Virus record (IMG/VR): IMGVR_UViG_3300017917_001941
Source of the DNA: an uncultured virus (IMG/VR IMGVR_UViG_3300017917_001941)
Taxonomy: Duplodnaviria > Heunggongvirae > Uroviricota > Caudoviricetes
Direction: 5' to 3' (one strand)
DNA length: 64,000 nucleotides
Shown here: positions 57,101 to 64,000 of the stretch, piece after piece
Layout of the letters: the number at the start of each line of letters is the position of its first letter
Position numbering within the stretch: position 1 is the stretch's first letter
Position numbers and translations under genes: made by a program
Notes under the pieces: generated by a model
Databases searched by the model: none
Told to the model about the DNA's origin: nothing
Seen by the model: only the letters and a program-made list of their open reading frames with translations

Positions 57101-58351
57101 ATGGAGATACATACTCGTCGCGTAAGAGGTGTGCGCAACGGTTACCGGGTCCGGATGGCTGGGGTGAAAAATAGTCAGGTTCGTGTTTGTTCTGACCTTA
57201 GGTTCAAGCTGGGTCGAGATCCGATACGCAAAGAATGGATTGAGGCTTGTAAGTCTCAGGGGGTTTCCTCAAGGATCGGACCTACACTGGTTTTCGGATT
57301 CAAGTCTTTTCAGGCTGTCAGAGAAGCTACTGAATCCTACAATCACAAGGTACTTCGGGTTGAGACTTTACCTGGGGAGCATACGGTTTTTAATATTACC
57401 GTTGATGATTTTCATACTTTGGCTGTTGTTACCTCTACAAGCCTTGTCAGTAGTGCTACTGCCTACACTGGGATATATGTAATGAACTGTGGTGAACAGC
57501 TTTTGCACGACCGAGAGAGTTGCAACCTTGCCGAGGTTTTTCCAGCTAAATTCGAAGATACTACTAATCCGGACTTGGTTTTTCGCCTTGTAACTCGGTA
57601 CTGCCTTCGTCAACGTCTCACTCCCCTTTCTGATCCCAAAAGCCAAGAGGTCGGGTTGGCTAACATGCGGGTGGGAGTCGGTCTTGGCGGCCTGTGTGAT
57701 TTCTCTTGGACAAAGCCTCAACTCAACCGTTGGTACTCTATGTGCCGTGAGGAGGCCACCCGGTATGCCAAGGAACTCGGTGTTAATGCGCCGATTACTG
57801 TAAGTACAATTAAGCCTTCTGGAACGATTAGTTTACTTAATGGCTCTAGTCCTGGCATCCATGCCCCCTACGCCCCTTATTATCTTCGTCGGACAAGGAT
57901 TGCCAAGAACGACCCTATGTCTATGGCGATGATGGAAGCAGGGGTACCATTCGAGGAGGACATCTACGACAAGTCCGGGCACACCTGGGTCTTCGCGTTT
58001 CCCATGAAGTCTACCTCGAAGATCACGGTTCAGAACGAGACCATCCGGGATCAGTTCCAGCGCCAGAAGGACGTGCAAGAGGCATGGGCGGACAATGCCG
58101 TCTCTGCTACCTTGAGCTTCAATCAGGATGAGCACGAAGAGCTGGCAAATTGTCTCAAGGAATATGTGCCGTACCTCAAGAGCACCTCTACACTTCCGAA
58201 GGCGCATGGGTATGCCCAGCCCCCGTATGAGGCAATCACTCAAAGTCAATATGAGCAGCTTTATGCTCATATTGAGCATAGTCATCCCTTGGTTCGTGGC
58301 GGTGACATGGAAGCTGAAGAGTGCCAAAATGGAGTATGTCCTGTACGATAA
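54116..58351 (+). CDS. nrdJ: class II (B12) ribonucleotide reductase with two inteins
   Basis: PPGRGLW, LMLGGGVG, GNVRRSA, NP|CGE, CNLAE, TIKPSGTISLL, C-terminal CQNGVCPVR. Confidence 0.92.
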   Translation: MLILHTPTVSNRFRFSEDFLSPYYVKGDPFQSLLARSTYLTKYCRGGEVWTDTIRRVVEANLSLAAEVDSGEAKMLFHLFWTGQALPPGRGLWTGGIEGIPSDARYNCFSGETRFWANGNLTSFEDSVGQTVEVLCQDGKWRPAEVKSFGKQALRTIRMTAPDRSKFSFDFVATPGHRWITSNRGLVEDLKVGDRVLVTPRDVSDLRGTQDFKDGFAHGFMFGDGTKETQKDTTYKIRLCGEKDWQHKDLLKQASQFSYECSPPSYNGDPVLFFKSPTNPRHNLPEDSASSAYQVGFIEGWLAADVSWRTNGVGGNRLNSINATAIDWAIERLPLLGYCPTGRYTDSNEETNYGKRSAPMQVLTVQPKPVEYTVRSITDEGREEEVYCVVEPETKTFTLEGGIVTGNCWYTTLYSIDDWCWTANQLMLGGGVGVGLNEISSLPVVQGHLGARMAVWCADTHQNVSEVQPNPKSFLNGQTPVFRVPDSREGWVAALRTVLTSAFHAKDLIVDVSDVRARGLPIRTFGGIACGPGPLTQLLRSAWSIVRGAAGRKLNSVEALDITNYIGLCIKAGNVRRSALIALGDAEDQAFRDAKKDMEKVISHRHTSNNTIVFRSWRQIHSFNWHALVRDMAENGSGEPGILNLPLGWQKDPGAKGVNPCFSGDTQIAVADGRNSVSIRQLAEEGRDVPVYSVNNSTGKVEIKMGRNPRVTGYRQTLVRVWLDDGGYLDTTPDHKFVLRDGTVLQASELKPGMSLPRFTKRPEKLTSKGKDYYHIYCDTRSERSNRVAEHRLIARFFDPEKWHSVYSTCRKNGFANTGGLVIHHRDYNPLNNAPDNLQIMTFEDHSKAHAKVDQMGEKNGRWSGVPNELVREHAIRLTRQLGRRFSAEDWDQYARDNELPRQFSRYRVQALGTVQGMAKSCALELGYEHTNEDPRIVKTYQSMLKQGYETRICNGKVFVTRVCETCQAQFEVEHSYRERAFCSPTCASKHVNSDMEIHTRRVRGVRNGYRVRMAGVKNSQVRVCSDLRFKLGRDPIRKEWIEACKSQGVSSRIGPTLVFGFKSFQAVREATESYNHKVLRVETLPGEHTVFNITVDDFHTLAVVTSTSLVSSATAYTGIYVMNCGEQLLHDRESCNLAEVFPAKFEDTTNPDLVFRLVTRYCLRQRLTPLSDPKSQEVGLANMRVGVGLGGLCDFSWTKPQLNRWYSMCREEATRYAKELGVNAPITVSTIKPSGTISLLNGSSPGIHAPYAPYYLRRTRIAKNDPMSMAMMEAGVPFEEDIYDKSGHTWVFAFPMKSTSKITVQNETIRDQFQRQKDVQEAWADNAVSATLSFNQDEHEELANCLKEYVPYLKSTSTLPKAHGYAQPPYEAITQSQYEQLYAHIEHSHPLVRGGDMEAEECQNGVCPVR
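54437..55336 (+). mobile_element. intein 1 with LAGLIDADG-type homing endonuclease (300 aa)
   Basis: N|CFSGET...TPGHRW...GFMFGDG...GWLAAD...VYC..IVTGN|C. Confidence 0.88.
56096..57487 (+). mobile_element. intein 2 with HNH homing endonuclease (464 aa)
   Basis: P|CFSGDT...TPDHKF...EHRLIA...HHRDYNPLNN...VFNITVDDFHT...YVMN|C. Confidence 0.88.
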
Positions 58352-58483
58352 TGTAGTCATGTTCTTTGGTAAAATCTAGGTATTCCTCCCTGGGGTCGAA
58401 ACCCTGTCCCTAGAAGCTTCCTTCGGTGTTATTGGGGGAAGCTTCAGTCATTTCAGGAATCAACTCTAAACTTCTACTGTAGG

Positions 58484-58786
58484 GTGACTAGCATGACTCA
58501 AGAAAATGAGTTGGATATCAAGAGTTTAGGCGTGTATCTGATTGAGGGTGTGGCAGAGGTAGACCCCATCACGGATAGGGTTTACGTTCGTACTGTGGAT
58601 CAGCAAGGGAACCCAATCGAGTTTGACCCTGTTCCGGTACTGAGGAAACTCAAGGGGCAGGAAGTTAGGGTCGTGGTTATCCCACTTTCTTCCGTCGCAC
58701 AACTGGAGGAGTTAGCTCGCAAAATAGATGCGGCTGGTACATCGGTAGAATCGGTGACCCCTGAGACTGAGCCCAAGGCGAACTGA
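58484..58786 (+). CDS. hypothetical protein
   Basis: ORF track. Confidence 0.6.
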   Translation: MTSMTQENELDIKSLGVYLIEGVAEVDPITDRVYVRTVDQQGNPIEFDPVPVLRKLKGQEVRVVVIPLSSVAQLEELARKIDAAGTSVESVTPETEPKAN

Positions 58787-58795
58787 GGTACCTTC

Positions 58796-60694
58796 ATGTT
58801 GACGGATGTGGAACGTTTGGAGCGGATCAAGAAGCTTGAGGCTCAAATCTCTGAGGCTCGAGATTCATACTACAATAAGTCGCCTCTTGTGTCGGATGAA
58901 ACTTATGACGCTTGGGTTGACGAGCTTTCTGAGCTTGACACCTTGAGTAAGGTTCTCGCGGAAATCGGATCCCCTCCAGTTTCTGAGTGGCTTAAGGTTT
59001 CGCACAGTAATCCGATGGGTAGTCTAGATAAGGTCAATACTTTCGAGGAAATGACATCTTGGGTTATGACCTATGCCTCGGGTGAGCCTCTTCTAGTGTC
59101 GGAGAAACTGGATGGTATCTCAATTCAAGTGTGTTACCTCAACGGTAGACTCACTCAGGCTGTTACCCGGGGGGATGGGCATATTGGAGAGGACATTACC
59201 CAGAATGTCCTTCGGATGAAGGGCATTCTTCCTAAACTTCCTAAGCGAATCTCGTGCTGTATTCGCGGCGAAATCATTCTCCGAAAGAGTGACCACCAGC
59301 AGTATTTCAAGGCTGACTACGCTAATACTAGGAATGCTGCCTCGGGGATCGCCAAGCGTTACGACGGTCGGGGTTGTGAAAACCTGACCGTTTTGTTTTA
59401 TCGTGTGATGAGCGGAATTACATTCTCGACTTGTGAGGAACAGCTCAAGTTCATTGATAGCCTAGGTCTGTTGACTCCTTGGTGGGCGCTCTCTGGTATG
59501 TGGGTCGGAATTAAGACCCCCCATGACATTTGGGCTGAATATCAACAGGTGAAGCGAGATAAGTTAGACTATGACATAGATGGACTCGTAGTTGAAATCA
59601 ATGACCTTGCAAAGCAGTTTGCTCTTGGGGAGAAAGATCTCCGTCCTCTTGGGGCGGTTGCTTTCAAGTTTGCTCCGATTACGCGTGAGACAATCCTTCG
59701 GAGCATCACCCTTCAAACTGGGGGCACCGGTCGGATTACTCCTGTTGGTAACTTTGACACAGTGAATCTTTTAGGTACTCAGGTATCCAATGCGAGTTTG
59801 TATAATTGGAAGTACGTCCAGACGTTAGGGTTGGATATTGGGGCTCGTATTTTGGTCGCTAGGGCGAATGACGTGATCCCCCGTGTGGTTGCTACTGTTC
59901 GTGGGACTGAGACCGTGGCCCAGCCTCCGAACACTTGTCCATCCTGTGGGGCTACCGTGATTCAGGATGGGGAGTTTCATGTTTGCCCTAACAGAAACAA
60001 TTGTCCCGCCCAGGTAGTAGGTCGCCTTGGTCAGTGGGTCACGAGTTTGGGGGTTCTGGAGTGGGGTGACGCTCTCTTAGAGAAGTTGGTTAGTTCGGGT
60101 TTGGTAAAGTCGATCCCAGACCTATACAGGCTCACTGAGGGCCAGCTTGCTGGTCTGGAGCGTATGGGCGAGGTTTCGGCGGCTAATGCTCTTAGTCTTC
60201 TTCATGCTAAAAAAGTTCTTCCAATGGAGGTTATGCTTGGCTCACTCTGTATTCCTGGTATTGCTACATCAACGATCAAGCTTGTCATGGATGCGGGTTA
60301 TGATACGTTTGAAACCCTTCTTGGAATCACTTTGGACAAGCTTGGTAAAATCAAGGGCATTGGGCCTGTGAAGGCTGCGTCCCTCTACACCTGGCTACGA
60401 AATCACAGCAACGTGGTGGTCGAACTTCGAAGCGTAGGGGTTTTTATTCAGGACCCAGTTCGAGGAAAGTTCTCGGGCATGTCTTTTTGCTTCACTGGGG
60501 AGATGACGAACAAGAGGGGAGACCTTGAGGCAATGGTTAAGTCTTTGGGTGGAGAGGTAAAAAACAGCGTGACCAAAAAGCTTTCTTACTTGGTCATTGC
60601 TGACTCTTTTAATTCCGTTAAGGCCACTACTGCTCGTAAGTATGGAACTAAGTGCTTGTCCGAGGATGATTTTCTGGTCTTGGTCAACGGTTAG
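58796..60694 (+). CDS. ligA: NAD-dependent DNA ligase
   Basis: EKLDG, TRGDG..GEDIT, IDGLV, AFKF, Zn finger, HhH, BRCT. Confidence 0.96.
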   Translation: MLTDVERLERIKKLEAQISEARDSYYNKSPLVSDETYDAWVDELSELDTLSKVLAEIGSPPVSEWLKVSHSNPMGSLDKVNTFEEMTSWVMTYASGEPLLVSEKLDGISIQVCYLNGRLTQAVTRGDGHIGEDITQNVLRMKGILPKLPKRISCCIRGEIILRKSDHQQYFKADYANTRNAASGIAKRYDGRGCENLTVLFYRVMSGITFSTCEEQLKFIDSLGLLTPWWALSGMWVGIKTPHDIWAEYQQVKRDKLDYDIDGLVVEINDLAKQFALGEKDLRPLGAVAFKFAPITRETILRSITLQTGGTGRITPVGNFDTVNLLGTQVSNASLYNWKYVQTLGLDIGARILVARANDVIPRVVATVRGTETVAQPPNTCPSCGATVIQDGEFHVCPNRNNCPAQVVGRLGQWVTSLGVLEWGDALLEKLVSSGLVKSIPDLYRLTEGQLAGLERMGEVSAANALSLLHAKKVLPMEVMLGSLCIPGIATSTIKLVMDAGYDTFETLLGITLDKLGKIKGIGPVKAASLYTWLRNHSNVVVELRSVGVFIQDPVRGKFSGMSFCFTGEMTNKRGDLEAMVKSLGGEVKNSVTKKLSYLVIADSFNSVKATTARKYGTKCLSEDDFLVLVNG

Positions 60695-60697
60695 CTT

Positions 60698-62968
60698 ATG
60701 GACTCAATTCGTATTCGTATTTGGAGTGTCATCCATAAAACGGATGATTTCTATATTTTTTCAGCGGAGCCTTGTGATCGTGACATTTTGAAGCATGACC
60801 GTAAGGTTACTTGCAAGGGTCGTCTTTTTGGGATCCTTGGAATCGCTCCTGGAATCCCCTTGGAGTTGTTTGGTCGGTGGGTATTTCATCCAAAATTTGG
60901 CCGTCAATTTGATTTGTCCGGATGGGCCCCATGGGCCGATTCTTCTGTGGGGGTTGAGTTATTCTTTCGGCATTGCCTCGGAGTGATTGATGAGGTTCAG
61001 ATTGCGTCTTTGGTAGATGACTTTGGTACGGATACTTATCGTGTTTTGTCGGAAGAGCCCAATAGGTTATTCGGGGTCGTTGGATTCGATGAGGAATCAG
61101 CTCAACGGGTTATAGATGCTTGGGCTGAGGCCAGGACCAGTTCTGACCTATCTACTTTTTTCTCTGGGTATAACGTTACGTCGGAACAGATGAATAATCT
61201 TTTCCGAACATTTGGGGCTGATGCGAAGAGGATTGTAGAGGGCAATCCTTATAGGCTTCTGGAGGTCGTTGGGTTTCTATTCCACCAGGTAGATGAAATT
61301 GCTCAGTCTTTAGGACTGACTTTGACAGACCCTAGGAGATTTGAAGGGGCTGTGTTTTGGGTCCTTCGAGAGGCCGCTTCCTATGGGCATTTGTGTGTTC
61401 GTCGAGGTGAGTTAGCTAGTCAACTCAAAGAATTAGTTCGAGTTACTAGTGAGGTAACTCCTTTCGAGGAGTATAATCTCTCAAGTGCCTTGATGGATGC
61501 CGTCAAGCGCATAGAGTCTCGTAATGGGGTTGTAGTTGATCCACGTTTAGGTGTGTATCTCCCCAAGCTATTCAAGTTCGAACGAGATTCTGCTAACCTT
61601 CTTTCTAAGTTTATCGCGCCGGTCAAGCTTGAAGTAGACTTGCCTCATTTTTTGGGAACCTATGAGACTCTTCATCAGATCATCTTGTCAGAGGCTCAGA
61701 AGGAGGCTGTAGAGAAGCTAGTCAATAACCGTGTTCTTGTTTTAACGGGGCTTCCTGGTACCGGAAAAACAACGGTTGTCAAGACATTCGTTAAGCTTTT
61801 TGAGGAGGCTAAAATAAGTTTTGTGCTCATGGCTCCGACGGGGATTGCTTCGAAGCGTTTGGCTTCGGTTACGGGGCACGAAGCGGCGACTATTCATCGA
61901 ACCCTTCACTACAATGGGGAAACCTGGGGATACAATCGCGACAATAAGTACCCTATTGGGGCGGTCGTTGTAGACGAAGCTTCTATGGTAGATCAGGAGC
62001 TTTTCTACCATATCCTGGACGCCCTTGAGGACGGGACAATGCTGGTCCTTGTTGGAGATGATGCTCAGCTTCCCTCTGTTGGCCCAGGGAATGTACTTCG
62101 TGAGTTGGTTCGATGTCCGGTTATCCCTACAGTCCGCCTTACCCAAATTTTTAGGCAGGCTGAGCAAAGCGACATCATTCTTAATTCTCATCGGATCAAT
62201 AGGGGGGAGTCTATTGTCCCCGGTGGTTCTGAGTCGGATTTTCGTTTTGTTCCCATTCAGGACGAGGGCAAGATTGCGGATTTGATCGTTCAGATGGCGA
62301 TTAAGTTGAAGAGCCGGGATGCAAACTTTCAGATTTTATCCCCTAAGTATGATGGTCTTGTGGGTGTAACTCACCTGAATGACAGGCTTAGAGAGGTTTT
62401 GAATCCCGCTGAGTCTGGAAAAAAGGAGTTCCTAGTCGGGGGTGACCTCAAGTTCCGAGAGGGTGACCGACTTATGGTAGTCAAGAATGACTACAAGCTT
62501 GGGGTTTACAATGGGGATATGGGTAAGTTGTTGCAGGTTCAGTATGATCACTTTAGGGTCAAAATCCACGGAATCGGAGAGGATGGGTTGGATGTGATTG
62601 TTGAGATCCCCCGTAAAGAGGTTCTTCAAAAGCTACGTCTCGCGTATGCCATTTCCGTGCATAAAAGTCAGGGTTCAGAGTTTGATACAATCATTTTGCC
62701 AATGGTGCGAACGCATGGTCGAATGCTCCAGCGAAACCTCTTCTATACTGCTGTAACGAGAGCCAAGAAATGTGTTTGGCTTTTGGGGGATTCCACTTCG
62801 ATTCAACGGGCCATTCAAAATGATAACGTGATTTTGCGTAACACGGGGTTTGGGCGTGCAATCCTTTCCGCTGTGGCCTCCGAGGATGTGCACGAGACTG
62901 TAGGGCTTGGTGTAATGTCTGGGGATGAGCAATTCAAGGTTGCCTCTGTCGGAGGCTCAAAAAACTAG
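60698..62968 (+). CDS. recD2: RecD2-like SF1B helicase
   Basis: GLPGTGKT, APTG, VDEASM, GDDAQLPSVGPG, AYAISVHKSQGSE, YTAVTRAK. Confidence 0.94.
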   Translation: MDSIRIRIWSVIHKTDDFYIFSAEPCDRDILKHDRKVTCKGRLFGILGIAPGIPLELFGRWVFHPKFGRQFDLSGWAPWADSSVGVELFFRHCLGVIDEVQIASLVDDFGTDTYRVLSEEPNRLFGVVGFDEESAQRVIDAWAEARTSSDLSTFFSGYNVTSEQMNNLFRTFGADAKRIVEGNPYRLLEVVGFLFHQVDEIAQSLGLTLTDPRRFEGAVFWVLREAASYGHLCVRRGELASQLKELVRVTSEVTPFEEYNLSSALMDAVKRIESRNGVVVDPRLGVYLPKLFKFERDSANLLSKFIAPVKLEVDLPHFLGTYETLHQIILSEAQKEAVEKLVNNRVLVLTGLPGTGKTTVVKTFVKLFEEAKISFVLMAPTGIASKRLASVTGHEAATIHRTLHYNGETWGYNRDNKYPIGAVVVDEASMVDQELFYHILDALEDGTMLVLVGDDAQLPSVGPGNVLRELVRCPVIPTVRLTQIFRQAEQSDIILNSHRINRGESIVPGGSESDFRFVPIQDEGKIADLIVQMAIKLKSRDANFQILSPKYDGLVGVTHLNDRLREVLNPAESGKKEFLVGGDLKFREGDRLMVVKNDYKLGVYNGDMGKLLQVQYDHFRVKIHGIGEDGLDVIVEIPRKEVLQKLRLAYAISVHKSQGSEFDTIILPMVRTHGRMLQRNLFYTAVTRAKKCVWLLGDSTSIQRAIQNDNVILRNTGFGRAILSAVASEDVHETVGLGVMSGDEQFKVASVGGSKN

Positions 62969-63338
62969 ATTTCGGGAGTCCCTCTCTTCCATTCAAGTGG
63001 ATAAGGTTACGGTTTCTTTTTCGATTGAGGAAAGAGACCTTAGTGGGCGAAAGAAGAGTGTGTTTGTGTCTCTTACTGCGTCAAGGGGGGCTGGTGCGGA
63101 GGTACCACAGATGCATGAGGATTCTAGGCCTACTGGTTATACAATGGAAGAGGCTAGAATTGTCAGGCTTGCCCTTTCAAGGGAAGTTGTGAAGGCGGCA
63201 TATGATGATGCTTTCCGGAGACGTGTCCTTTCCCGGGACGAAGAGACCTTATTTGAGATGAAGACGGTCTTAAAGAGCTATACAGATATTTTGGACCAAG
63301 TGGTTGGTGTTGATGCTGACTCTAAGGGTGGCCCTTAG
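62925..63338 (+). CDS. hypothetical protein
   Basis: ORF; GGTGTA 16 nt upstream. Confidence 0.65.
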   Translation: MSNSRLPLSEAQKTRFRESLSSIQVDKVTVSFSIEERDLSGRKKSVFVSLTASRGAGAEVPQMHEDSRPTGYTMEEARIVRLALSREVVKAAYDDAFRRRVLSRDEETLFEMKTVLKSYTDILDQVVGVDADSKGGP

Positions 63339-63357
63339 TGATTGATGTGAGGTGAGT

Positions 63358-64000
63358 ATGGACCAGAAGAGGGTTGATGAGATCTATCGAATCATCGAAC
63401 GCTTGCAAATCGACCTAGATCCAGATCCGACTATTTTGGGCCCTCGGTATATTATGGACAAGGTTGCCAAGTGCCGGAATAACGTCAACATTGTGTCTCA
63501 GATTCGTCAAACTATCGCTCGTGAGCGTCGTGAGTTGAAGAGGCAGTTGGCTGGTGAAGAGGCGATGTTCTCTATCGAGCGGGATCAACTTCTTGCCAGT
63601 GATGAGACTGTACGGAGGCAACCGAATATCCGGGATCGCGAGGCTGTGGTTAACACCCTCCTTCGGGAGCGTCTGTATAGGATCTCAAACCTTAAGGCAG
63701 ACATCATGGATCTAGATACCGTGGAACAGCCTGTGAAGATGGTTCATGATGAGCTCACCAGAACGGCGACTGAAATCAGGACCCAGCGATCAATGATCCA
63801 AGCTGATCGTATTTCCGGAGCAGGTTATGGGGACGAGTCCGAAAAAGAATCTCGTGGGTTGATTCAGGAGGACTCAATTGATGAGGACGAGCTTGATCGC
63901 ATTATGCGGGAGGAGGCTCCTCTGGTTGTGCCAAAAACTATAACCTCAAGGGTTATACCCGACTTAGCACATCCTGAAATCTCCGAGCCTTCTAAGGCGC
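63358..64000 (+). CDS. coiled-coil protein, truncated by window end
   Basis: MDQKRVDEIYRIIERL...; absent from the ORF track, consistent with no stop before 64000; GAGG SD. Confidence 0.65.
   Translation, partial: MDQKRVDEIYRIIERLQIDLDPDPTILGPRYIMDKVAKCRNNVNIVSQIRQTIARERRELKRQLAGEEAMFSIERDQLLASDETVRRQPNIRDREAVVNTLLRERLYRISNLKADIMDLDTVEQPVKMVHDELTRTATEIRTQRSMIQADRISGAGYGDESEKESRGLIQEDSIDEDELDRIMREEAPLVVPKTITSRVIPDLAHPEISEPSKA

Overview
This window looks like part of a large (jumbo-type) dsDNA phage genome rather than a bacterial chromosome. The host is probably a myxobacterium, inferred from a Cys-rich repeat lipoprotein. From left to right it contains: (1) minus-strand tail/virion genes, a papain-like protease, speD, def and dcd; (2) a roughly 1.5 kb low-complexity repeat region with a compositional switch (candidate replication origin); (3) two sigma-70/ECF-like factors, one with an HNH-like insert, and a DNA methylase; (4) about 33 tRNA genes, mostly in one dense array, including two with an 8/4 fold, plus a tmRNA; (5) RNA repair/quality-control genes (RtcB, DEDD exonuclease) and GroEL; (6) an array-less type IV-B-like Cas operon (csf1-cas11-csf2-csf3) that also carries a Zn-finger-Cas6 fusion, a methyltransferase, ibrA/ibrB and cysH; (7) replication genes (holB, holA, class II RNR with two inteins, ligA, recD2). 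The most striking unannotated signal is a family of eight Y-RNA (YrlA)-like ncRNAs inside the tRNA array. They share one terminal scaffold (GAATG...CTTGTC bulged stem, second stem, ACTACA-like motif) but carry different interiors: circularly permuted tRNAs, a non-permuted tRNA body, large GNRA-rich domains, or nothing. A GGTGTA motif 15-17 nt upstream of many starts suggests a leaderless-transcript promoter. All calls come from reading motifs by eye; no database searches were run.
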